Source: an archaeon (GTDB lineage Archaea; Asgardarchaeota; Thorarchaeia; Thorarchaeales; Thorarchaeaceae). Taken from it: a stretch of 32,000 nt of DNA. Positions 1-8,417 of this stretch are shown piece after piece. Numbering within the stretch: the stretch's first letter is position 1; each line of letters begins with the position of its first letter. The position numbers and the translations under genes are program-made. Location: assembly GCA_024275415.1 (NCBI GenBank), contig JAJRZD010000014.1, forward strand, positions 32,633 to 64,632, given 5' to 3'. Under the pieces are notes generated by a model. The model saw nothing but the letters and a program-made list of their open reading frames with translations. It searched no databases and had not been told where the DNA came from.

Positions 1-1107
1 GACCTTTGTTATCTCCTCTACCGACCGATGGATGTTGACAGGGGTCTGATGATGGTAGAGCGTCCTCCAGTGCCACCCATGAACATAGCTAGCGCGCACG
101 AATGTCCAAAGTCGTTCATTCCATTCTCCCCTCGGGAGCTCTTTTACTCCGAGCACCCATCCTCCGCATTCCTTGCAGAGCTCCTGCGCTTTCTTTGCGT
201 CGCTTTCTAACATATCTTTCCTTACTCTGCCAATCGTCATCGAAACCGTGCGATGCGGCCACTCCATCGGGGGAATCCCATATTCATCACCAAGCATCTC
301 CATGAACAACTCAAGAACCGGCCCTTCGTAGATTGAGGCAAAAACTGCGTTCACATCCCACTGTCGTATCTCGATTAGGAACCTCTCTGCTTGCTCGGGA
401 GTATCGAAACCGTATGTGTTGTAGTCAAAATACTCCATCCTCTTGAACACCTTGAGTGATACACTTGTAATAACACCCAGTGAGCCTAATGAACCAATGA
501 ACAACCCCGTGAGGTCAGGGCCAAACGCATAGCGGAGGAACGGCCCCGGTGCGTTAGGATTGGTTTCAGAACCAGTCTGGATTATCTCCGAATTTGGCAA
601 TACGACCTCTACACCGAGGATAAGGTCTCCAGTGCATCCAAAAAGGCTTGAGCCTGGACCTGCTCCATTGACAGCTGTATTCCCTGCAATAGTACATGCC
701 AGTGCCGATTCAGGCGTGATTGGTACCCACAATCCATGCTCACTTAGGAACTTGTCCAACTCACCATAGGTCACACCAGCACCAACTCTGACACTACGTA
801 GGTCTTTGAAGAGTTTGATATCTTTGAGGCGCATCAGCTCGACCACGAGCCCGTCAGGCTTTGGGATGACCTCTCCTTGCAGGCTTGTTCCCCCAGACCG
901 TACGGTAGTGTCAATCTTGTATTCATTTGCAATCTTTAGAATCTCGCTAATCTCTGTCGCATTAGCAGGTCTTACCACTGCTCCTGGCATCACCGGTTCT
1001 TTTGCCATCGATGCCGAAGAAGCATAAGTCAGCAGGACATCCTTTCTTGTCGAGATATATTCCTCGCCAACGATCGCAGATATTCGTTCGATAATTTCCT
1101 TTTTCAC
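1..1107 (-). CDS. FAD-binding oxidoreductase (FAD_binding_4 / GlcD / D-lactate dehydrogenase-like); runs off the window edge, C-terminus missing
   Basis: Not in the ORF track. Manual translation from GTG at 1107: MKKEIIERISAIVGEEYISTRKDVLLTY...PGAVVRPANATEISEILKIANEYKIDTTVRSGGTSLQG...CTIAGNTAVNGAG...LILGVEVVLPNSEII...DLTGLFIGSLGSLGVIT. These are typical PCMH-type FAD-binding motifs. SD-like AGGAGG at 1115-1120. Confidence 0.85.
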   Translation of the reverse strand, partial: MKKEIIERISAIVGEEYISTRKDVLLTYASSASMAKEPVMPGAVVRPANATEISEILKIANEYKIDTTVRSGGTSLQGEVIPKPDGLVVELMRLKDIKLFKDLRSVRVGAGVTYGELDKFLSEHGLWVPITPESALACTIAGNTAVNGAGPGSSLFGCTGDLILGVEVVLPNSEIIQTGSETNPNAPGPFLRYAFGPDLTGLFIGSLGSLGVITSVSLKVFKRMEYFDYNTYGFDTPEQAERFLIEIRQWDVNAVFASIYEGPVLELFMEMLGDEYGIPPMEWPHRTVSMTIGRVRKDMLESDAKKAQELCKECGGWVLGVKELPRGEWNERLWTFVRASYVHGWHWRTLYHHQTPVNIHRSVEEITKV

Positions 1108-1143
1108 GCTATTTCCTCCTGGATCCTTCAAGAGTTACTGGGA

Positions 1144-1473
1144 TCAGAAGATATGCCGAATTTTCATCAGGTCGCTTGTTGCACCTTTGATTTTTAGTTT
1201 CCGTTTCAGCAAAGCGGCGGCTGCACTCATCTCCTCAAGGAAAAGCTTCCTTATCGTTTTCTCGTCGCTTTGTATTTTCATATCTGGGTTCTCGATACCC
1301 CCCTCATGTACTGTTATTGTGTTATCTTTCACAATGAAGTGATATACTCCACCTTCCTTCAACTGAAGAAGCGCAGTTCGTTCCCAGTCCTTGATTGCCT
1401 CGATGGTCTTTTCTCTTTCAAGTCCAATGGCAATTCGTTCTTTCATCAGTTCGAGTAATGGTTGGTCATCCAT
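1144..1473 (-). CDS. SCP2 sterol/lipid-binding domain protein
   Basis: 109 aa; HFIVKDNTITVHEG..ENPDMKIQSD..TIRKLF...AAAALLKRKLKIKG fits the SCP2 consensus (PD.ti..d...f..l..G.l....A...GklkikG). Confidence 0.8.
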   Translation of the reverse strand: MDDQPLLELMKERIAIGLEREKTIEAIKDWERTALLQLKEGGVYHFIVKDNTITVHEGGIENPDMKIQSDEKTIRKLFLEEMSAAAALLKRKLKIKGATSDLMKIRHIF

Positions 1474-1739
1474 GGGGTTTCACCCTATCATTGTAATCAC
1501 CCTGCTCGTCCATTTAGAGGTTTCTTTTTCTCCCTGCTTGGGATTGAAATCATCATGAACCCGGGGACAATCCATCTCCTTGTAATACTCATTTCTTTAT
1601 CTTAGAGATGAATGCTGTTGACACATGGACAGAGGCAGAACAGTCGACTTACTTCTAACTCCCTATACAAACTAACAACTCCCCTTTTCCGATGATACTG
1701 TTTTGCCTACTGTTCCTCTTTCTTATCAAAAATAGAAAG

Positions 1740-1768
1740 CGAGGTAGTAGTCTTGAACCACTACCTCG
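1740..1768 (-). terminator. Terminator-like hairpin downstream of rubrerythrin
   Basis: Perfect 9-bp inverted repeat CGAGGTAGT (1740-1748) / ACTACCTCG (1760-1768), 14 nt past the rbr stop, followed on the minus strand by CUUUCUAUUUUU. Confidence 0.55.
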
Positions 1769-1781
1769 AAAATTGCAGGAA

Positions 1782-2366
1782 TTAGAAGTTCACAAAATGC
1801 AGCATGAAGTGAGCCTTTGGATGGTCACAAGCTGGGCATTTCTCAGGGGCCTCGTCACCTTCATGTACATAGCCACAGTTCTGACACACCCATTTGGTCT
1901 TCTGTTCGCTTTTGAAGACCTTGCCGCTAGCGACGTTTTCAGCCAGCTTGATGTATCGTTCATGGTGCCATGTTTCTGCCTTAGCCACCATTCGAAAGAC
2001 ATGTGCGATGTTCTTGAACCCTTCTTCCTCAGCGATATCAGCATATTGTGGGTACATCTCAGAGAACTCGTACTTCTCACCAGCTGCCGAAGCTCGTAGG
2101 TTCTCTTCAGTGTTGCCTAGAGGTCCTGTAGGAAAGTTCCATTTGACTTCCACTTCGGTGGGCGCCCCAGCCTCCTGAAGGAACTTGAAGAACCTCTTTG
2201 CATGTTCCTTCTCGTGACCTGCTGTTTCTTCAAAGATATTTGCGATCTGAACATAACCCTCCTTCTTGGCTACCTTGGCATAGTACGTATACCTGTTCCT
2301 AGCCTGAGACTCGCCTGCAAACGCTGTAAGGAGGTTCTTTTCAGTTCGTGATCCTCTTAAATCCAT
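1782..2366 (-). CDS. rbr: Rubrerythrin
   Basis: NLLTAFAGESQARNRY, EKEHA and ETWHH di-iron ligands; C-terminal rubredoxin-like CQNC...CPAC. Confidence 0.95.
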   Translation of the reverse strand: MDLRGSRTEKNLLTAFAGESQARNRYTYYAKVAKKEGYVQIANIFEETAGHEKEHAKRFFKFLQEAGAPTEVEVKWNFPTGPLGNTEENLRASAAGEKYEFSEMYPQYADIAEEEGFKNIAHVFRMVAKAETWHHERYIKLAENVASGKVFKSEQKTKWVCQNCGYVHEGDEAPEKCPACDHPKAHFMLHFVNF

Positions 2367-2538
2367 CTTTCACTTCTCCTGTTCATGTCAGAAAGACACG
2401 AATCACATTCAGATTCTATTTTAGTTTATTAAACATGCGACATGACACTTTTTTGCGACCAGTTGATTCATATATTCATTTTATCTACTATCAATGTGAG
2501 GGAACATCAACATCACGATTAAAGGAGCATGAGGGTCG

Positions 2539-3609
2539 ATGGTACGAATTGCTCATATCTCGGATTCCCATTTGGGTTCATCAATGTTCCAGTTGATAGA
2601 ACGACGGGAGGATGCGCGGGCGTGCCTGAAGAAGGCGGTTGACATGGCACTCCGTCACTCTCCAGACATCCTCGTTCACACTGGAGACCTCTTTGATTCT
2701 CCTGAGCCACATCCTGACGATATCAATCATGTGCTAAAGATATTCAAGGATATAGAAGACACTAAAGTCATTGTACTTCACGGGAACCATGACATCCCCT
2801 ACGGATACAAATATCACCACAGTCCGATTCGCTATCTTGAAACTGTCGAGTTTGTTATGACGACCGGGGACAATCCCAGTAGTGTTCACCAGTACGATAT
2901 TGACGGAAAGCAGGTTGATATCCATCTGATATCTTGGACGAGAAAGAAACAATTCCAGAAAATACTAGGTGACATGGAACCTGAGTCCGACATTGCCGTT
3001 CTCTTTGCCCATGATATTCCAGTTGAAATTGATGAGCTACCTATACACTATGATTATATCGGGCACGGACACTCGCACAATTTCAAACTGGATGAGGATA
3101 TGGCGATTGGTTGCCCTGGTTCCACACATATCATCGATTGGAAAAGGGAGCTTGGCAAAAAACGGAAACTGATTGTTGCTGATATTGACAAGAATGGAAC
3201 TGAATTCACCACTGAAACATTGAACGATATCCGAGAATTCAAGTTTCATCCTGGTTTAGATATCACTGGACTGGATGCTCAGTCAGCCAATATCAAGATG
3301 AAGGACTGGCTGAAGAATCTCTCACCAAAGAAAAAAGACCCCCCTATTGTCATCGTGCGAGTGAATGGTATGATATTCGCAGAAACTGAGAAAGGGATTG
3401 AACGTAACTCGTTGATTGAATTTGGCGAGAAGCACCTGAATCCCTTGTTTCTGCACATCGAACCGAACTGGAATGTCGTTGGTCCTCCCGAACTGGATTT
3501 ATCGCGCCCTTTGGATGTGAAACGCTCGTTGGAAGAATACATGGAGTTCAAAAAGGATCCCAAGAAAGAACTTGTAATAGAGGAGCTTCAGAAGATACTC
3601 GGAGAGTAG
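2539..3609 (+). CDS. mre11: Mre11/SbcD-family metallophosphoesterase nuclease
   Basis: Motifs DSHLG, GDLFD, GNHD, AH and GHGHSH; directly upstream of a Rad50-like ATPase (4-nt gap). Confidence 0.85.
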   Translation: MVRIAHISDSHLGSSMFQLIERREDARACLKKAVDMALRHSPDILVHTGDLFDSPEPHPDDINHVLKIFKDIEDTKVIVLHGNHDIPYGYKYHHSPIRYLETVEFVMTTGDNPSSVHQYDIDGKQVDIHLISWTRKKQFQKILGDMEPESDIAVLFAHDIPVEIDELPIHYDYIGHGHSHNFKLDEDMAIGCPGSTHIIDWKRELGKKRKLIVADIDKNGTEFTTETLNDIREFKFHPGLDITGLDAQSANIKMKDWLKNLSPKKKDPPIVIVRVNGMIFAETEKGIERNSLIEFGEKHLNPLFLHIEPNWNVVGPPELDLSRPLDVKRSLEEYMEFKKDPKKELVIEELQKILGE

Positions 3610-3613
3610 CAGG

Positions 3614-4906
3614 ATGCTTAGACAGTTACGTATGACAGATTTCAAAGTGTTCAATGAAATCGACTTTCAGTTCTCGCAGGGCATAACCGCTATAGTAGGA
3701 CCTAACGGGTCTGGAAAGACCACCATCCTAGAGGCAATCGAGTTTGCACTCTTTCGTCAGGTGACAAGAAAGGAGAAGACTGTTCGCAATTTTGAGGACT
3801 TCATTAGACATGGAAGAAAACGGGCCATTGTCGAGCTTGAGTTCAGGGCTCCAGTAAACAGGCGGTTCTATCGAGTAACAAGGTCAATTCATCCTGGGAA
3901 GACGAATGCTGATCTGTATGATGATGCTGGTTCAGACCCTATTGTGTCAGGTCCTACAAAGGTCGACGATGAGATTGTTCGACTGATTGGCATGGATCGT
4001 CATGCTTTCTCCACCCTCACATACGTTCGCCAAGGGGAGATTGATCGCCTCTCACGGCTTCCACCTAAGAAGCGCAGGGCAGACCTCTATAGTATGATGG
4101 GTCTTGGCATTTATGATAAGACCGAGGATCGCGTTCAGAAACAGATCCGTGAGTTGAAGAAACGGATGTCATCTGTAGAGGACACAAAGCAAAGGCTTGA
4201 ATCTATCAAGTCACATCTGCCAGCGCCAGATGAGATAGCGTCGTCAAGGGAATCGCTTGAACGTATTAAGGACAAGCTTGGCGAGAGTGATGACATCGTC
4301 CAGATATTGGGAGTCATAGAAAAAGTAGAAACATCTCTCCAACGTGTCATTGACCATCTCAATTCGCCAGAGCTGACCAATGAATACGAGGAGATGAAGG
4401 AGGAACGTGAAGCCGCAAGTTACCTTAAAGAGATACTCGGGGTTCTTCCAGAAGTGGCAGAGAGCCAACTGAAACCTGAGATTAGATCAGAGGCACGAGA
4501 GATCTTTAGAGGTATATTTGGTGACCGATACAGTGACCTTGTCATAGATGAGGACTATAATGTATCCCTGTATGATCTCAGAGGTCACAGGGTTAGCCTT
4601 ACTGCTGCATCAGGAGGAGAGGATGTCTGTGTGAATTTCGCCCTTCGTGTCGCAGTGAACACAGCACTCCAGAAGCAAGCAGCTCATAGAATACCTCCTC
4701 CGGGTATCATCATACTTGATGAGCCTGGGGCGGGGTTGGACACTCAAAGAAGAAAATGGCTGCCTATGGCAATAGCTGGTCTGAAAACAGTTGATCAGGT
4801 TCTCGTGGTCACACACATGGAGGAGCTGAGGGAGTCTGCAGACCGGATTGTCCTTTTGACCCCTCAAGGAAAACAGAGGCAACCCATGGTCGATGTCATC
4901 GAGTAA
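3614..4906 (+). CDS. Rad50/SbcC-like SMC-family ATPase, unusually short (430 aa), no zinc hook
   Basis: Walker A GPNGSGKTT, Q-loop YVRQGEI, signature ASGGE, Walker B/D-loop IILDEPGAGLD, H-switch VVTH; about 135-aa helical insert between the head halves. Confidence 0.85.
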   Translation: MLRQLRMTDFKVFNEIDFQFSQGITAIVGPNGSGKTTILEAIEFALFRQVTRKEKTVRNFEDFIRHGRKRAIVELEFRAPVNRRFYRVTRSIHPGKTNADLYDDAGSDPIVSGPTKVDDEIVRLIGMDRHAFSTLTYVRQGEIDRLSRLPPKKRRADLYSMMGLGIYDKTEDRVQKQIRELKKRMSSVEDTKQRLESIKSHLPAPDEIASSRESLERIKDKLGESDDIVQILGVIEKVETSLQRVIDHLNSPELTNEYEEMKEEREAASYLKEILGVLPEVAESQLKPEIRSEAREIFRGIFGDRYSDLVIDEDYNVSLYDLRGHRVSLTAASGGEDVCVNFALRVAVNTALQKQAAHRIPPPGIIILDEPGAGLDTQRRKWLPMAIAGLKTVDQVLVVTHMEELRESADRIVLLTPQGKQRQPMVDVIE

Positions 4907-4999
4907 TCACAGGTCTGTTGTTTGCATTGATGAACATGTCTGTTGACATTTTCACAAGAGAGATCTGAGAGCCACCGCTCGTGTAGACTTGCTCACTTT

Positions 5000-6190
5000 C
5001 TAATCGAAAATCTCCTTTCGAATATCTGACACATCAGTCTTGTCGCGGATCAATCTGCGCAGTTTCATCGCGACCTTCTTGTTACCGAGGGCTATTCCCC
5101 CCACGACAACGTAGTCCTTCATGACCGCTTTGTAGTATGTGCCAGCTTCGTGGTCTGCCATTACGATCGATTCGAACTCTGTTGACTGCGGGTTGAAGTT
5201 CCCGACCGAAGTCAAATCGATGCCAGCCACTTTTAATGTGTTGCTTGGGGTAGTGCCCTCATAGGTTGCACTTCCAAGGTCGACGATGTTCCTAGCAGCT
5301 ATTTTTGCGGTATCCATGGCAACGGGAATGATTCCCCAGCATACACCCTTCCATTCTGTGCAATCACCTGCCGCAAAGACGGTAGGGCTTGAGGTCTGCA
5401 TGTGCTCATTGACGAGAATTCCTCGGGCTTTCCCAGTTTCAAGGCCTGCACTGGTGGCTATTTTGGTATTGGGTCTGATGCCTGTGGAGATTACAACGAG
5501 GTCTCCTTTGACCTTGTCCCCCTTGTCTGAAACAACCCCCGTTGCAACCTCATGTCCTAGGACTTGGCTGCACGAGAAGCCCAGTAGCACTGTGATTCCC
5601 ATCCTTTGAAGGTGTTCCATCAAGATTTGACTTGCACCTTGGTCGAGTTGGGCTGGGAGAAGTGTGCCAATATTTGAGATGACGATTGGCTCTCCTCCGC
5701 TCTTTCGGATAGCAGCAGCCAACTCTATTCCCAAGATACCTCCTCCTACGATGATCTCCCTCCCCGAGCCCTTCACAGCTTCTTTGATTGCGGTCGCATC
5801 GTCCAACGACTTCAGGGTATGTACGTTCTTCTTTTCTGTACCATGTATGGGTGGGACAAACGGATGACTACCAATTGCCAGTAAGATGTTCTCATAGCCA
5901 AAGTATGTGCCTGCATTTGTGAGGACACTTCCTGATGACGGGACAATATCCACAACCGGTTCGGAAAGGTGTAAAGTGACATCCTGTTTTTCATACCACG
6001 CCGCGTTATATTGTACAACATTCTCCTTTGGGATATCCCCACGGATGTAATCGACCAACCGTGGCTTTGGGTAGTACCCATAGGCTTCTTCAGTGAACAC
6101 ATCAATCTCCATGTCTGCGCCCAGACCACGGATCTCCCGAATCGCAGTGACCGCGGCGATACCATTCCCGAGAATCGCAATTTTCTTCAT
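5000..6190 (-). CDS. FAD-dependent NAD(P)H oxidoreductase (NADH oxidase / rubredoxin reductase / NasB N-terminal-like)
   Basis: Likely start MKKIAILGNGIAAVTA at 6190; second Rossmann motif IIVGGGILGIELA; TSSPTVFAAGDC; C-terminal NTLKVAGIDLTSVG. Confidence 0.9.
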   Translation of the reverse strand: MKKIAILGNGIAAVTAIREIRGLGADMEIDVFTEEAYGYYPKPRLVDYIRGDIPKENVVQYNAAWYEKQDVTLHLSEPVVDIVPSSGSVLTNAGTYFGYENILLAIGSHPFVPPIHGTEKKNVHTLKSLDDATAIKEAVKGSGREIIVGGGILGIELAAAIRKSGGEPIVISNIGTLLPAQLDQGASQILMEHLQRMGITVLLGFSCSQVLGHEVATGVVSDKGDKVKGDLVVISTGIRPNTKIATSAGLETGKARGILVNEHMQTSSPTVFAAGDCTEWKGVCWGIIPVAMDTAKIAARNIVDLGSATYEGTTPSNTLKVAGIDLTSVGNFNPQSTEFESIVMADHEAGTYYKAVMKDYVVVGGIALGNKKVAMKLRRLIRDKTDVSDIRKEIFD

Positions 6191-6288
6191 CCAATCGCCC
6201 TTCTTTTCTCTTGTATCATTCCCAAAGGTAAACATTCTTGAAGGTATCGAATTGGTTGACCTATCATACTCTGGAGATGTGGATTGGC

Positions 6289-7050
6289 ATGGAAATACGA
6301 GCGATTCTCCTTGATCTGCACCATACATTGACCACTACAAAATCATCTGTCATCGATGTGGTACGCCAAATCATGAATAATCACGGACTGGACACATCAC
6401 ATCTTAGTGATGCCCTGTTCGTCGCTGCCTTAGATAAGGCAGACCAAGTAATGGCGTCCTATCAGGTATCGAACAATGTTGGTCCTCACTGGGGAGCGGA
6501 TCCTGAGGATTGGTTGATGTTCGACAGGATTTTCCTTGAGGAGTTGGGTTTTCATGGTTTCACGGATGATGATATTCTCACTATTGAGAATGAGTTCAAA
6601 GCTATTACCCGTGACAGTGATTGGGAATACTTTACTGAGGACGCATTGTCAGCGATCAGGACACTTCATGCTATGGGTTTCACTCTTGGGATATGTACGA
6701 AACGGAACGACAACCCTCAGGGGTTCCTATCACGAAGCAAAGTAGCAGACCTCTTCGAAACAGTTCAGTGGTCTGGGGTGGCGGGCTATGCCAAGCCAAG
6801 TCCCTATACCTTGCTTGAGGCGGTGAAGGAGATTGGAGTGAATCCCCGTCGCTGTCTTTTTGTGGGTAATTATGTCGGGGTTGATGTCGAAGCTGCACTC
6901 AGATGTGAGATGATTCCTGTGTTGCTCTCATGGGCAAACCCTCGTGAAGCCGACAAAGCCCCGCCAGAATGCATTGTATTGGACAAGCCTACTGATCTTG
7001 TAGAATGGATTCGTTCACAGTCCCCTCATCTCCGACAGGATTCGGAGTAG
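6289..7050 (+). CDS. HAD-superfamily hydrolase with non-canonical motifs
   Basis: Start MEIRAILLDLHHTLT (motif I-like); LGICT (motif II); AKPSP (motif III); FVGNYVGVDVEAA (motif IV). Confidence 0.8.
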   Translation: MEIRAILLDLHHTLTTTKSSVIDVVRQIMNNHGLDTSHLSDALFVAALDKADQVMASYQVSNNVGPHWGADPEDWLMFDRIFLEELGFHGFTDDDILTIENEFKAITRDSDWEYFTEDALSAIRTLHAMGFTLGICTKRNDNPQGFLSRSKVADLFETVQWSGVAGYAKPSPYTLLEAVKEIGVNPRRCLFVGNYVGVDVEAALRCEMIPVLLSWANPREADKAPPECIVLDKPTDLVEWIRSQSPHLRQDSE

Positions 7051-8323
7051 GTTTCTCCTGTTTGGCGAAAAGTCGATTCCTCAGGTTTCTGAATCGGATA
7101 CCTATGGATTTCGTGAATGCCATTACCAGCCGTGCCGGGAGTACGGCGAATCCAAGAACGATCCTCATCGCCTTGGATTTCATAGTACCTTTCTCTGGGT
7201 ATCCGATGTAGGCGAGTGTATGTTCCTGTAGAATATCCTGCAAAGCGACTGCAAAGGCCTGTGTCACGACATTTGAGAGACCCAGCCCTTTGAAGACATC
7301 GTTCTCGCTGAACTCTTTCCTATCGATTACGCTTTTCCATTTGATGTACTTGGCTTTCTCGATGATGTCATTGAGGGCATAGACAAGTTCTCCTAGATAC
7401 GGTGCTAGTGTTTGTTCAACAACTGTCGGCTCAGGACTTGAATTGAATTCGTGATATATCTGTTTGGCGGGCTCAAGTCCTCGTACAGGTGGCTTGAACC
7501 AGAGGATGTGCAAAAGCCCTTCAACCTCACGTAGTTTCCCATTCATCCGCCTTTCGAGTTCTGCTGGTATCTTGTCTTGCACGACTTCCTTTGCCTTGGA
7601 GAAGGCGTTCATATGGAGTTCTTTCCATGTCCTCTCCAGATCGATTACCGCCTTTGCGTATCTATAGAACTTGAAGTCAAGAGCGTGTTCGATATCCTCA
7701 GTTGTGAGCACGATGATTTCATTGGTACTGTATGTAAGTCCTCCTGACGCCATCTCCCATAGTCGCTGGTTCATGTCAAGTGGGTGCCTTTTATCCCGCG
7801 GGATTTCTAAGCGCATGGCATGGTCGCCAGGCTGAGCTACAATGTAACAGTGGTTCAGGACATCTTCTACCGAATCGAACATCGTCAGTTCGGTGGGGAG
7901 CAGATCCATTGCACCATGACCGGTCGTTGACCAGCAGATCATTCTCCCAGTTTCGTTATCTCTTTCGATGATGACCCTCTCTTTATCTCCCAGATGGTCA
8001 AACTGGTCTGTGAGGCCCTTACTGTATGCCATAATCCCATAGAGCACGAACCTCTCCTTGTTTGGCAAGAGTCCTGGCATTTTGAGGATGAACCCAATCG
8101 TATCAAGCGGCTTTCCAGAGGACAACCATGCACCAGTTGCTTGATTCCATTCCCAGCGGTCTCCAAGCTTGTAAAATATCTCTCTGAGGGTTTCCAGATC
8201 CTTCGCCTCTTTTGCCTTTTGCAGTGTCTGAGCTTCCCATTGTTCATACTCCCTCTTCATTTTGAGCATGCTTTTGCGCTCGATTTCGAGCCAGCTAGAT
8301 TCAATCTTGAGACTTACTTTCAT
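6989..8323 (-). CDS. Hypothetical protein (possible NPP1/Vps62-like H-x-G-D-x-E domain)
   Basis: 444-aa open frame with protein-like composition; start could be 8323 or an internal ATG; 3' end overlaps the HAD gene by 62 nt. Confidence 0.7.
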   Translation of the reverse strand: MKVSLKIESSWLEIERKSMLKMKREYEQWEAQTLQKAKEAKDLETLREIFYKLGDRWEWNQATGAWLSSGKPLDTIGFILKMPGLLPNKERFVLYGIMAYSKGLTDQFDHLGDKERVIIERDNETGRMICWSTTGHGAMDLLPTELTMFDSVEDVLNHCYIVAQPGDHAMRLEIPRDKRHPLDMNQRLWEMASGGLTYSTNEIIVLTTEDIEHALDFKFYRYAKAVIDLERTWKELHMNAFSKAKEVVQDKIPAELERRMNGKLREVEGLLHILWFKPPVRGLEPAKQIYHEFNSSPEPTVVEQTLAPYLGELVYALNDIIEKAKYIKWKSVIDRKEFSENDVFKGLGLSNVVTQAFAVALQDILQEHTLAYIGYPEKGTMKSKAMRIVLGFAVLPARLVMAFTKSIGIRFRNLRNRLFAKQEKPTPNPVGDEGTVNESILQDQ

Positions 8324-8417
8324 CAGGGCTTCACACTGGGCTTTTTTCTGTAATCATCGAGGTCTTCAATTTCACATCAGCTTAGAACCACATATGCATA
8401 TCGTTGTTAGTACTACA

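Noticed and set aside
1740-1768. Hairpin as a possible SECIS element
   Set aside because: No AUGA/GA core, and no in-frame UGA at a Cys-equivalent position in rbr or other genes that I could see.
3614-4906. Rad50-like gene as a truncated pseudogene
   Set aside because: Both head halves and all motifs are intact in one frame with no stops; only the coiled coil is short.
4913-4949. GTCTGTTG direct repeat and ATGTC/GACAT palindrome between convergent genes
   Set aside because: Too short to distinguish from chance.
6191-6328. N-terminal extensions of the flavoprotein (to 6328) and the HAD gene (from 6238)
   Set aside because: They would overlap head-to-head; the Rossmann and HAD motif I segments begin right after ATGs at 6190 and 6289.
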